Below are positions 1 to 9,426 of a stretch of DNA of 64,000 nt, piece by piece (position 1 is the stretch's first letter; every line of letters begins with the position of its first letter). A model generated the notes under the pieces. The model was not told the origin of the DNA, did not search any database, and was given only the letters and a program-made list of their open reading frames with translations. The DNA lies in the NCBI GenBank assembly GCA_963666365.2, contig CAXXNF010000002.1, positions 1,024,001 to 1,088,000 on the forward strand, in the 5' to 3' direction. Made by a program: the position numbers and the translations under genes. This DNA comes from Syntrophales bacterium. Its GTDB lineage: Bacteria > Desulfobacterota > Syntrophia > Syntrophales > UBA2210.

Positions 1-34
1 AAGTGTCCCTCCCAATCATAAAGGAGGGAATCGA

Positions 35-1207
35 ATGTACTGCTTTGAGTTATCCGAAGAAAGAACGCAATATCAGGCGCTTGCAAAAAAGTTCGCCGAG
101 GGGGAAGTCAAACCTTTCAATGACAAGTTCGACGACGATTGGAACAGCCATGTATTCATGTCGCTGGTGTTGAAAAAAGCCGCCGAGCTGGGTTTCATGG
201 GGCTTCCCATCGATCCGAAATACGGAGGTTCAGGTGCCGACGGCATGACGATTATGGCCGTGCTGGAAGAGCTTGCCGCGGTAAACGGCGGCGTCGCCTG
301 CGTGATCGGCGACACCTGGTTCGCCCAGACGCCTATAGTCATTGCCGCCAATGATGCACAGCGTGAGCGTTTCCTTCGTCCGCTCGCCTCCCGCGAAGAG
401 GCCAATCTGGGCTGCATCTGCATGACCGAACCGGCATCGGGCGCCGACATCGAAGATCCCCGCATGAAACTAAGGACCGTGAAAACCATTGTCACGGAAG
501 ACGGCGATCACTACATCATTAACGGAATTAAAATGTGGCCCAGCAATGCCGGCATTGCCTCTCACTATGTGGTGATCGCCACGACCGATCCCAAAGAAGA
601 GGAAAAAGGCTCCTGTATCCTGGTGGTCGAAGAGGGCACGCCGGGACTCTCCTTTGGAAAAATCGAACGGAAGATGGGAATGCCCGAAGACCAGAACAGA
701 GAAGTGATTTTTGAGAATGTGCGGGTACCGAAAGACAACCTTCTCGGTCAAATAGGCAACGGCCAGCGGATACTTCAGACCACGGTGACCTATAACCGCC
801 TCGGCGCCGGCATGATTTCAGTCGGTATGGCGCGAGGCGCCTTCGACTACGCACTGCAATATTGCAAGACCCGTGTTGTGGGCGGCAAAGCACTGATCAA
901 ACATAGCCTGATCTCGGCCAAATTCGCCGATATGGCTACCCGGATAGACGCCGCCCGCATGCTGGTCTACCGTGCCTCCTGGGCGCTGAAAAAACGCGAC
1001 CCCCGGAGGGCCCGTTATTCCGACATGGCGAAGGTGTACGCCACTAACGCGGCCATGAAAATTACCTCGGAATGCGTACAGTTCATGGGTTCGTACGGAT
1101 ACTCGCGGGAGTACCCCGTGGAAAAATACATGCGCGATGCGAAGATCGTCCAGATCTACCTTGGTCCCAACGAACTGGTGCAGCAGCTGATCGGGGAGAG
1201 TTTGTGA
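35..1207 (+). CDS. Acyl-CoA dehydrogenase (non-canonical active site)
   Basis: ACAD motifs TEPASGAD, NGIKMWPSN, KMG, GSYGYSREYPVEKYMRDAK; AAAGGAGG RBS upstream. Confidence 0.92.
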   Translation: MYCFELSEERTQYQALAKKFAEGEVKPFNDKFDDDWNSHVFMSLVLKKAAELGFMGLPIDPKYGGSGADGMTIMAVLEELAAVNGGVACVIGDTWFAQTPIVIAANDAQRERFLRPLASREEANLGCICMTEPASGADIEDPRMKLRTVKTIVTEDGDHYIINGIKMWPSNAGIASHYVVIATTDPKEEEKGSCILVVEEGTPGLSFGKIERKMGMPEDQNREVIFENVRVPKDNLLGQIGNGQRILQTTVTYNRLGAGMISVGMARGAFDYALQYCKTRVVGGKALIKHSLISAKFADMATRIDAARMLVYRASWALKKRDPRRARYSDMAKVYATNAAMKITSECVQFMGSYGYSREYPVEKYMRDAKIVQIYLGPNELVQQLIGESL

Positions 1208-1209
1208 AG

Positions 1210-1266
1210 TTTTTAGGGACACTTCCCCCTTTTTAAAATTTTTAAAAAGGGAGGTGTCCCTAAAAA
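1210..1266. repeat. Long imperfect palindrome (REP-like or bidirectional terminator)
   Basis: TTTTTAGGGACACTTCCC...GGGAGGTGTCCCTAAAAA between convergent genes. Confidence 0.7.
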
Positions 1267-1298
1267 AATAAGAGGGGGATTCTTACGAATCCCCCTCT
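1261..1298 (-). terminator. Intrinsic terminator of the minus-strand ACAD
   Basis: AGAGGGGGATTC-TTAC-GAATCCCCCTCT hairpin followed by a T-run on the minus strand. Confidence 0.8.
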
Positions 1299-1325
1299 GT
1301 GGTTAAAGAAACAGAACCGATATCA

Positions 1326-3182
1326 TCAAATGGTGAATGATTCTTCGAGCATTTCAACAGGAGTTTTGTCGGCCAGCTTGATCGATTTGCATCTCGCGTC
1401 TACTGTAGTAAGCATCGTCGTCGCAAAATATTTCGCGGATGCAAGTTTTCCCAGGTAGAAAGCAACATCAGCATTATTCTTCCCAAGTTCGCGCTGTTTT
1501 TCAGGCGTATCGGCACCTGCTTCTTTAAAGAGGGCATCCAGTTTACCACTGGCGATGGCAGCGGCATCCATCAGTCTCCAGCCGACTACCACATCGCCCA
1601 TGATCATCAGGAACGGCCTTGCATTGATGAGGGGTACAAAGAATTCACCGCCCTTCATCCAGTTGGCGCACTGCATGACCATATCGCCAAGCGCTGCAAG
1701 GGAATCACCCAGATACCCGGCATGTTCCTTGAGCCCTTCGATGGCCTTGCACTGCTCCACGGTTTTACTCACTTCGCCAATGAAGTTCATCATATTCTGT
1801 CCCTTGCGCTGTCCCAGTTTTCGGAACATCAGGTCAAGGGCCTGGATGGCATTGGTTCCCTCGTAGATGGGAGCGATTTTACAATCTCGCATATACTGTT
1901 CGATGGGATATTCCTGGCAGTACCCGTAGCCGCCGTAGCAATCCATGGCGAGCGAGCAGATCTCTACACCCTTGTCAGAGCAGTATGCCTTGACGATCGG
2001 GGTGAGCAGTTCGAGGTAGCCGTTATAGGTTTCGCGAACCTCTTCCGTTTCGCCGACTTCTTCCATGTCGATACAGTACCCGATCCAGTAGCAGAGAGAG
2101 CGCATACCTTCCACATGGGACTTCATCCACAGGAGCGACCGCCGAATATCGGGGTGTCTGATAATCGGCACACCCTCGGGCGATCCAGAGGTAAGGTCAC
2201 GACTCTGAATACGCTCTTTTGCATAGGCGACGGTATGTTCGTAGGCGGCGGACGCATGGTCCAGACCCTGCATACCCGTACCCAAGCGGGCTTCGTTCAT
2301 CATCTGAAACATGACCTTCATTCCGGAACGCTCTTCACCGAGCAGCTCGCCGATGCATTCTCCGTTTTCACCGAAGTTCAAAGTCGCCGTCGCCGAACCT
2401 TTGATACCCATTTTGTGTTCGATATTCCCGGTAATGACGTCGTTGGACTCGCCCAGGCTTCCATCGTCATTCACACGGATCTTCGGAACGATAAAGATCG
2501 AAATACCCTTTGTCCCGGGAGGATCTCCTTCGATTCTCGCCAGCACGGGGTGAATAATATTTTCTGTCAGATCGTGATCGCCGGAGGAAATGAAGCACTT
2601 GGTCCCAGTAATGCTGTAACGGCCGTCGGGCAGTCGTTTGGCCGAGGTTCTGAGGGCGCCCACGTCACTCCCCGCCCCCGGTTCAGTCAGACACATGGTG
2701 CCGCCCCATTGGCCTGCCAGCATCTTCTGCACATATTTTTCCTTCTGCTCTTCCGTCCCATAGTTCAGTATAAGACCGGCCGCACCGAGCGTCAGACCCA
2801 CATACATCATCATGGCGTAATTGGCGGATCCGAACATTTCGCTGTTGGCATTGGAAACCACCTTGGGCATTCCCTGCCCGCCATACTCGGGCGGAAACAT
2901 CGGAGCAAACCAGCCCGCTTCGCAATATTTCTTAAAGGGCGCGTGGAAGCATTTCGGCGCGTGCGCCTTGCCGTCCTTGAAAACCGCAGGGTCTTCCTTA
3001 TCGGCGGTTTCGTATGTTGGGACAATTTCTTCCAGGGCGAATTTTTCCGCCTCGGTGAGGATCATGTCGATCATGTCCATAGACCAGTCGGCATATTGCT
3101 CGGTCTCAAAAAGCTTCTCGATGCCGATCTGCTCGTAGAGGACAAAACGCTGATCCCTCGTGTTAACCAATAAATTGCTCAT
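1326..3182 (-). CDS. Long-type (about 600 aa) acyl-CoA dehydrogenase
   Basis: MCLTEPGAGSDVG, GTKCFIS, IEHKMGI, GGYGY, IYEGTN motifs plus C-terminal extension. Confidence 0.93.
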   Translation of the reverse strand: MSNLLVNTRDQRFVLYEQIGIEKLFETEQYADWSMDMIDMILTEAEKFALEEIVPTYETADKEDPAVFKDGKAHAPKCFHAPFKKYCEAGWFAPMFPPEYGGQGMPKVVSNANSEMFGSANYAMMMYVGLTLGAAGLILNYGTEEQKEKYVQKMLAGQWGGTMCLTEPGAGSDVGALRTSAKRLPDGRYSITGTKCFISSGDHDLTENIIHPVLARIEGDPPGTKGISIFIVPKIRVNDDGSLGESNDVITGNIEHKMGIKGSATATLNFGENGECIGELLGEERSGMKVMFQMMNEARLGTGMQGLDHASAAYEHTVAYAKERIQSRDLTSGSPEGVPIIRHPDIRRSLLWMKSHVEGMRSLCYWIGYCIDMEEVGETEEVRETYNGYLELLTPIVKAYCSDKGVEICSLAMDCYGGYGYCQEYPIEQYMRDCKIAPIYEGTNAIQALDLMFRKLGQRKGQNMMNFIGEVSKTVEQCKAIEGLKEHAGYLGDSLAALGDMVMQCANWMKGGEFFVPLINARPFLMIMGDVVVGWRLMDAAAIASGKLDALFKEAGADTPEKQRELGKNNADVAFYLGKLASAKYFATTMLTTVDARCKSIKLADKTPVEMLEESFTI

Positions 3183-3250
3183 TCCTACCTCCTCACGATA
3201 TGTAATTTATCCATTGTTTGCAGATGCTTTTATAAGTGCCACCCTTATCG

Positions 3251-3283
3251 AAAAAAAAAGGGGGGGTGCAGTGCCCCCCCCTT
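3251..3283 (-). terminator. Intrinsic terminator after thiolase
   Basis: G-run/C-run hairpin followed by T9 on the minus strand. Confidence 0.7.
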
Positions 3284-3288
3284 CACGG

Positions 3289-4473
3289 TTACTTCTTCAC
3301 ATTCTCCCACAGCGTGGCATTGGCATTGCCGAACCCGCCGCAGAGCATGGCGACGCCGTATTTGGCGTCCTTGAAATCAGTTTTCATGATACTGTTCAGC
3401 GTCACAATGATTCTCGCTCCCGACTCTCCCAGGGGATGACCGAGGGCAAGGGCACCGCCCCATACGTTGACATTTTCAAAGGGGGCATTCTGAGCGATGC
3501 CGAGTTCACGGACAACCGCCAGCGACTGGCTGCCGAAGGCTTCGTTGAGTTCCCACACACCGATGTCCTTGACCGTCATGTTGTATCGCTTAAGCAGTTT
3601 CTGTGCAGCCGGAATGGGACCGATTCCCATCATGGTGGGATCGCACCCTGCCATGGCGCCGCCCACAAATTTAATGTGGTAGTCGAGTCCCAACTCGTCG
3701 GCCTTTTCTCTGCTCATAAGCAGCAGCGCACAGGCGCCCGCGGTCAGCGGAGAGGACACCGCCGCCGTCACCACACCATTTTCCTTGAAGGGGGACTTCA
3801 TAGCCGCCATCGATTCCATGGATACGTCATCGCGGATCCACTGATCCTTATCAACCATGAACTTGGTGCCGTCTTCCTTTTCGCCCTCGACGGGGACGAT
3901 TTCATCGTCAAATTTGCCGGCATCCCGCGCCTCGGCGGCCTTTTTGTTGCTCCAGTAGGCCATGGTTTCCATATCTTTACGATTCACATTGTATTCTACC
4001 GCAACTTTCTCGGCGGTGGCGCCCATGGGAATTTCTTCCATTTTGTAACGTTCGAGAATTTTTGGACCGATATCCATGGCAAACATCATGGGAACTTTCT
4101 GCATATCCTCGACACCGGATGCAATGTAGATGTCGCCGTCGCCGCACATAATGGCATGGGCCGCATGTTCCACCGACGCCATACCTGAACAGCACTGCTG
4201 CTGCACGCCATTTGCCGCCACACTTTCGGGATAACCGCCGGCAAGCCATGCAATTCTTGCGATATCGTTCTGCATCCCCGCCTGGTTCGCCGTTCCGCAG
4301 AAGACCGCTTCCACGTCTTCCGGCTTGATTTTTGGATTTCGCTTGAACAGTTCCTGATATACGTTTATGAGCAAAATCTCCGGCCGTACATTTCTGAACC
4401 AGCCCTTCTCCTTGTGCGCCCGCGCATTCGCAGTTCTTATGCCATCAACAAGTACGCATTCCTTCATCTTCAC
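3289..4473 (-). CDS. Thiolase (acetyl-CoA C-acyltransferase)
   Basis: QQCCSGM, NEAF, GHPLG and LCGGFG thiolase motifs. Confidence 0.93.
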   Translation of the reverse strand: MKMKECVLVDGIRTANARAHKEKGWFRNVRPEILLINVYQELFKRNPKIKPEDVEAVFCGTANQAGMQNDIARIAWLAGGYPESVAANGVQQQCCSGMASVEHAAHAIMCGDGDIYIASGVEDMQKVPMMFAMDIGPKILERYKMEEIPMGATAEKVAVEYNVNRKDMETMAYWSNKKAAEARDAGKFDDEIVPVEGEKEDGTKFMVDKDQWIRDDVSMESMAAMKSPFKENGVVTAAVSSPLTAGACALLLMSREKADELGLDYHIKFVGGAMAGCDPTMMGIGPIPAAQKLLKRYNMTVKDIGVWELNEAFGSQSLAVVRELGIAQNAPFENVNVWGGALALGHPLGESGARIIVTLNSIMKTDFKDAKYGVAMLCGGFGNANATLWENVKK

Positions 4474-4588
4474 TACCTCCAGTTAATTATTGATTGTTGC
4501 AATTTCATTCACTCCATGGGTCGGAAACAAGTTCCCCGCCCCCCTTAGGCTGATTTTGCACCCATCTCCTAACACACCCTTCGTGTAA

Positions 4589-6451
4589 TTAAAATGCAAA
4601 AGATGCGTCGGCAATGTCGACGGGAAGCGTTTCGCCTTCCTTAATTATTTCGCATCGCGCCTTCACCGTGGGAAGTATCTCACAGGCAAAGAATTTCGCC
4701 GAAGCCACTTTACCCTGGTAATAGGCGACATCCGCATCATCATCGGCCAGCGCCTTCTGTTTTTCTGCCGTATCGGCACCCGCTTCTTTATACAGAACAT
4801 CCAGTTTTGCAAGCGCGATGTCCGCACCCTGAAGCAGGAGCCATCCGCAGAGCATGTCTCCCATAACCGCCAGGAATGGTTCGGCATTCTGGATAGGCAC
4901 CACCGGCTTGCCGGACTTGAAGAATTCTATAAACTTCAAGGGAAGTTCCGAAACGGCGCCGAAGGCTTCCTCAAGCTTCGCGGCAAAGGGCTTCAATTCT
5001 TCGACATCCTTTACCATGCCGATCGTTGCCGATATTTCTCCCAGGACCGTCATAAGATTCATGCCCTTGTTCTGCCCGAGCTTTCTGCCCACCAGGTCGA
5101 GCGCCTGGATCTGGTTTGTTCCCTCGTAAATCTGGGTGATTTTGCAATCTCTCATGTACTGCTCCACAGGGTACTCCTGACAGTAGCCGTACCCGCCGTA
5201 CACATCCATGGCCCTGGAGCAAATTTCCACGCCTCTATCCGACGAGAATGCTTTACAAATCGGGGTCATGATTTCCACTATACCGCTGTATTTTTTCCGT
5301 TCTTCTTCATCAGGAGTTGCATGGGACACATCGATGCAGAAGCCGGTATAGTAGTTGATCGCCCTGATGCCCTCAAGGTAGGCCTTCATCCACATGAGCA
5401 TCCGTCTGACCGGGGGGTGATTAATGATCGGAAGAGCCTGCGCGTCGGGATCCTTACCGGCAAGCACCGATTTGCTCTGAATGCGCTCTTTTGCATAGGC
5501 CACGGCATGTTCGTACGCCGCAGAAGCCGCACCCTGCCCCTGAAGACCCACGTCGAGACGGGCTTCATTCATCATCTGGAACATTATCTTCATGCCGGCG
5601 CGCTCTTCACCAAGCAGTTCGCCTATGCAGTTGCCGTTTTCACCGAAGTTCAATGTCGCCGTGGCGGAACCCTTGATACCCATTTTGTGTTCGATGTTGC
5701 CGGTAATGACGTCATTGGACTCTCCCAGACTTCCATCATCGTTCACACGGATTTTTGGAACGACGAAGATCGAGATGCCCTTGGTCCCGGCAGGATCGCC
5801 CTCGATTCTTGCCAAAACGGGGTGGACAATGTTCGGCGTCAGGTCGTGATCGCCCGACGAAATGAAACATTTGGTTCCAGTGATGCTGAAGGTGCCGTCG
5901 GGAAGCCGCTTCGCCGTGGTTCTGAGGGCGCCCACATCGCTTCCGGCGCCCGGTTCGGTCAGACACATGGTGCCGCCCCACTCGCCGGCGAACATCTTAT
6001 ACATATATTTGTTTTTCTGTTCTTCAGTGCCGAAGACGTTGATCAAGTTCGCCGCCCCGTGGGTCAGTCCGGGGTACATGGTGAACGACATGTTGGCGGC
6101 GGTGAACATCTCGCCGGCCGCGGTGCGAAGCATAATAGGCATGTTCTGACCGCCCACGTCGGCATCTTCCGTCGCACAGAGCCACCCGGCTTCACAATAG
6201 GTTTTAAAGGGTTCATGATAACATTTGGGGGCATAGGCTTGCCCATCTCTGAACTGGGCGCCCTCTTTGTCCCCTTCTTCAAGGGTTGGCGCTATTACTT
6301 CCACAGCCATTTTTTCCGCTTCGGTGAGCACCATGTCAACGACGTCCCTGGAATAATCGGCAAACCGTTCAAAACCAAAAAGCTTTTCGATGCCGATTTG
6401 TTCATAGAACAAAAACTTCTGATCTCTCGTATTTACCAATAAATTACTCAT
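4589..6451 (-). CDS. Long-type acyl-CoA dehydrogenase, paralogue of 1326..3182
   Basis: Same motifs; long identical peptide stretches shared with the 618-aa copy. Confidence 0.93.
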   Translation of the reverse strand: MSNLLVNTRDQKFLFYEQIGIEKLFGFERFADYSRDVVDMVLTEAEKMAVEVIAPTLEEGDKEGAQFRDGQAYAPKCYHEPFKTYCEAGWLCATEDADVGGQNMPIMLRTAAGEMFTAANMSFTMYPGLTHGAANLINVFGTEEQKNKYMYKMFAGEWGGTMCLTEPGAGSDVGALRTTAKRLPDGTFSITGTKCFISSGDHDLTPNIVHPVLARIEGDPAGTKGISIFVVPKIRVNDDGSLGESNDVITGNIEHKMGIKGSATATLNFGENGNCIGELLGEERAGMKIMFQMMNEARLDVGLQGQGAASAAYEHAVAYAKERIQSKSVLAGKDPDAQALPIINHPPVRRMLMWMKAYLEGIRAINYYTGFCIDVSHATPDEEERKKYSGIVEIMTPICKAFSSDRGVEICSRAMDVYGGYGYCQEYPVEQYMRDCKITQIYEGTNQIQALDLVGRKLGQNKGMNLMTVLGEISATIGMVKDVEELKPFAAKLEEAFGAVSELPLKFIEFFKSGKPVVPIQNAEPFLAVMGDMLCGWLLLQGADIALAKLDVLYKEAGADTAEKQKALADDDADVAYYQGKVASAKFFACEILPTVKARCEIIKEGETLPVDIADASFAF

Positions 6452-7103
6452 TGACTACCTCCTCTTTAGTGCTTGTCAATCCCTGTATTATTATTTCTAT
6501 GCCCTCTTTTACGTTAGAACGAATCCGCTGCTCTCTCATGGACTCGCTGCCTACAAAAAGGTGAAGAGATATGACGCCGTTGAGAAGGCCCCAAAGGGCA
6601 TTTCTCATTTTTCGCACATCACCTCTCGGAAGGTCGAGTTCTCCCGATTCAACGCCGAGCAGGAGAATTTTTTCGATGATTGAAATCGTGCGATTCATCT
6701 CCCGTATGATCTGTTTCCGAATCCTGTCCGAGAGTGTCAAATTATCGGCATTCAGCATGAAGTTCATGAGAATTCTGAACTGTTCACGCTGAGTCAAGAA
6801 GATGTCGATGTAGGCATTTGCGAAATCAAGCAGCACTTCCGATGGCCGCTGCATGGATTGAAAGATCAGAGAGATTTTTTTATGAAAGTTTTCGATATCC
6901 TGCAGCAGGATCTGCGCGTATATTTCTTCTTTACTGCTGAAATAAAGATAAATAGCCCCTTTGCTCAGTTCCGCTTTCTTTGCAATGCTGGCCACGGTAA
7001 CAGACTTGAACCCGTATTCAACGAACAGCTTCTTTGCGGCTTTGAGAATCGCCTTCTTTCTCTGTTCCTTTTCCCTCCGCCTCCGTTTTTCAGGACCAAC
7101 CAT
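6444..7103 (-). CDS. TetR/AcrR family regulator
   Basis: N-terminal HTH ILKAAKKLF...IAKKAELSKGAIYLYFSSKEEI. Confidence 0.92.
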   Translation of the reverse strand: MVGPEKRRRREKEQRKKAILKAAKKLFVEYGFKSVTVASIAKKAELSKGAIYLYFSSKEEIYAQILLQDIENFHKKISLIFQSMQRPSEVLLDFANAYIDIFLTQREQFRILMNFMLNADNLTLSDRIRKQIIREMNRTISIIEKILLLGVESGELDLPRGDVRKMRNALWGLLNGVISLHLFVGSESMREQRIRSNVKEGIEIIIQGLTSTKEEVVNE

Positions 7104-7171
7104 GCCTATTCCTTATGGATTATTATACACGCCGCCGATGCGGACTCATGATGTGAATTAAGGTCAGATTA

Positions 7172-7184
7172 TGACCAATGGTCA
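7172..7184. promoter_or_regulatory. Candidate TetR operator
   Basis: Perfect 6-1-6 palindrome TGACCAATGGTCA about 70 bp upstream of tetR. Confidence 0.5.
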
Positions 7185-7453
7185 CACTCCTATTAAGCAA
7201 GAAGAAACACAAAGTCAAGAAAAAAAATAACAATGCTAAGATTTATTTATCACAGCATTATCAGCGGCTCTGATCGACAAAAACGTTTGACATAGACAGT
7301 ACCATGTGATAGCAAGAAACGGCTTTTACCTTGTGCAAAATTACAGTAGTTTCAATGGAATCGGCACTGGCGAAAAGCGAAGAAAGAGTGAGCAAGGTCG
7401 TGTTCATAGGTTTTTGTTTCCATAACAATCGATTGCCATAAGGAGACATAAGG

Positions 7454-7828
7454 GTGACCCTTCGTGATATAGTTGAAATTCTCGACGCGAAAGTCCTTGT
7501 TGGTGAGAACCACTTAACTACAACGGTCAAGACAGCCTTTAGCGCCGATCTGATGAGTGATGTGCTGGCTTTCGCCAAATCGGGAAGTCTCATTATCACC
7601 GGTCTTACCACGCTCCAGGTAGTGCGAACCGCAAGTATACTGGACGCCGTAGGCCTGGTGATCGTTCGGGGCAAGATTCCCTCAAAAGAAACACTGGCGC
7701 TGGCCAAGGATCTGGACATCCCGATCATGTCCACACGTTATATTCTTTTTGAGACATCGGGACGTCTTTATGCGAACGGCATTGTCGGCTGTGTGGAAAA
7801 AATTGGTGGCATGAATTGCGGAAAGTAA
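7454..7828 (+). CDS. DRTGG-domain protein
   Basis: ADLMSDVLAF, LIITGL, IVRGK motifs; AGGAG RBS before GTG. Confidence 0.82.
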   Translation: MTLRDIVEILDAKVLVGENHLTTTVKTAFSADLMSDVLAFAKSGSLIITGLTTLQVVRTASILDAVGLVIVRGKIPSKETLALAKDLDIPIMSTRYILFETSGRLYANGIVGCVEKIGGMNCGK

Positions 7829-8286
7829 CTGACTACAGTTATGAGAACACCTTCACTGTTGAAGGCGGCGACTTCGAAAGTGCAGGGAAGGCTTCCATTG
7901 AGATAAAAAAAGTGCTGAAAGAACTTGCAGTGACGAATGAAACATTACGAAGAGCCGCGATTGCCGTCTACGAGTCTGAATTAAACATCATTTCCTACGC
8001 GAAGAACGGTATCATTAATCTTGCAGTCACCAACGACAAAATACTCATCTCCGTTGACGATGAAGGTCCGGGGATTGAAGATATAGAATTAGCCATGCAG
8101 GAGGGGTACTCAACCGCTACCGATCGCATTCGCGAAATGGGATTCGGCGCCGGCATGGGCCTTCACAACATAAAGAGCTGTGCCGACACGCTGGATATAT
8201 CGTCTGAAGTAAACAAGGGAACTCATCTTTCGATCGTCATCAACAGGGAGGGGAGTGGAAGCAATGAATCTGGCCTTTCTGGCTAA
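7816..8286 (+). CDS. Anti-sigma regulatory factor / RsbT-like Ser/Thr kinase (HATPase)
   Basis: YESELNI, DDEGPGIEDIELAMQEGYSTA, GFGAGMGL. Confidence 0.87.
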   Translation: MRKVTDYSYENTFTVEGGDFESAGKASIEIKKVLKELAVTNETLRRAAIAVYESELNIISYAKNGIINLAVTNDKILISVDDEGPGIEDIELAMQEGYSTATDRIREMGFGAGMGLHNIKSCADTLDISSEVNKGTHLSIVINREGSGSNESGLSG

Positions 8287-8602
8287 AGAACTTGATCTGA
8301 AGGTTGTATCGTGTGAAGACCAATTGATCCGGGAGGTAAAAGGTGGGTACGTGGGCGATCTCTTAAGTGATGTGATCGCCAACAGTAAACAGGGCGACGT
8401 GTGGATAACTCGGCAATCCCATCAAAATATTATCGCCGTGTCCGCCCTTCGGGAGCATGCGGGGATTATCCTGTCGCTCGGAACAGAGCCTGGCGATGAC
8501 ACGCTCGGCAAGGCATGTCATGAGGGCATCCCCGTGTTTATCACGGCCCTTCCCTCTTTTGAGATTGCAGGGAAAATATACGACCTCCTGGCAACGCACT
8601 AG
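8264..8602 (+). CDS. DRTGG / HPr-kinase-N-like protein
   Basis: GGYVGDLLSDVIA, VWITRQSHQNIIAV; start placed at ATG 8264. Confidence 0.8.
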   Translation: MNLAFLAKELDLKVVSCEDQLIREVKGGYVGDLLSDVIANSKQGDVWITRQSHQNIIAVSALREHAGIILSLGTEPGDDTLGKACHEGIPVFITALPSFEIAGKIYDLLATH

Positions 8603-8685
8603 CAGTATATACGCCTTTGTAAAAAGGTTTTTTTATATAATGGCGGCTAGAATGCCACGCTTTTCGATACCAAGGATTTTTTGTT

Positions 8686-9423
8686 ATGCTCAAGGAGTTC
8701 AGGTGTGACTTTCACATCCATTCATGCCTGTCCCCCTGCGCGGAACTGGAAATGTATCCTCGGGCCCTTGTAACCGAAGCACTTGCTCGCGGACTTGATG
8801 TGATCGGCATCTGCGATCACAACGCTTCGGAGAATGTTCGCTACATACTCAAGGCAGCCGCGGGAACACCGTTGACAGTGTTTCCGGGCATGGAAATCAC
8901 GACCAGAGAGGAAGTTCACATTCTCGGGCTCTTTGAAAGCATAGAATCCCTGTTGCAGCTACAGGACATTGTATATCAGGCGCTTTCGGGCCTTAACAAT
9001 GAAGATCTTTTCGGCTGCCAGGCAATCGTCAACGAAAACGATGAGGTGGAGGGTTTTAATGAGCGGCTGCTGATCGGGTCGACCACGCTGGACCTTCGCA
9101 GCTTAACGGAAATAATTAAAGATTTGGGGGGAATCGCTGTTGCCGCTCACATCGATCGTGAAAGTTTCGGGATATTGGGGCAATTAGGGTTTATTCCCGA
9201 AGATGTGCATTTTGACGCCCTCGAAGTTTCTTTCAGGACTGATATTTCCACAGCACGGGCCACATATTCCATACCGGATGACCAGGCGGTCATTCAATCC
9301 TCCGACGCGCATCGAATAGAGGAAATCGGCCGGGCATCAACCGCCATACGCCTCGAATCGCCGACTGTCGCCGAGTTGCAAATGGCCTTTACCGGCCGAG
9401 AGGGCAGACGGATTGTGGAATAG
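8686..9423 (+). CDS. PHP-domain metal-dependent phosphoesterase
   Basis: DFHIHSCLSPC, ICDHN, PGME, AAHIDR, SSDAH motifs. Confidence 0.9.
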   Translation: MLKEFRCDFHIHSCLSPCAELEMYPRALVTEALARGLDVIGICDHNASENVRYILKAAAGTPLTVFPGMEITTREEVHILGLFESIESLLQLQDIVYQALSGLNNEDLFGCQAIVNENDEVEGFNERLLIGSTTLDLRSLTEIIKDLGGIAVAAHIDRESFGILGQLGFIPEDVHFDALEVSFRTDISTARATYSIPDDQAVIQSSDAHRIEEIGRASTAIRLESPTVAELQMAFTGREGRRIVE

Positions 9424-9426
9424 CCT

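Noticed and set aside
1722..6442. Long plus-strand ORFs (1722..3173, 3160..4188, 5321..6442) and similar antisense ORFs elsewhere
   Set aside because: Antisense shadows of well-supported genes, with no motifs of their own
7162..7176. GGTCAGATTATGACC resembling the sigma54 enhancer motif
   Set aside because: Spacer is 1 bp longer, no -24/-12 promoter seen nearby, and it overlaps the candidate TetR operator
7241..7350. Possible Rex operator before the oxidoreductase operon
   Set aside because: Only half-matches to TTGTGAA-N4-TTCACAA
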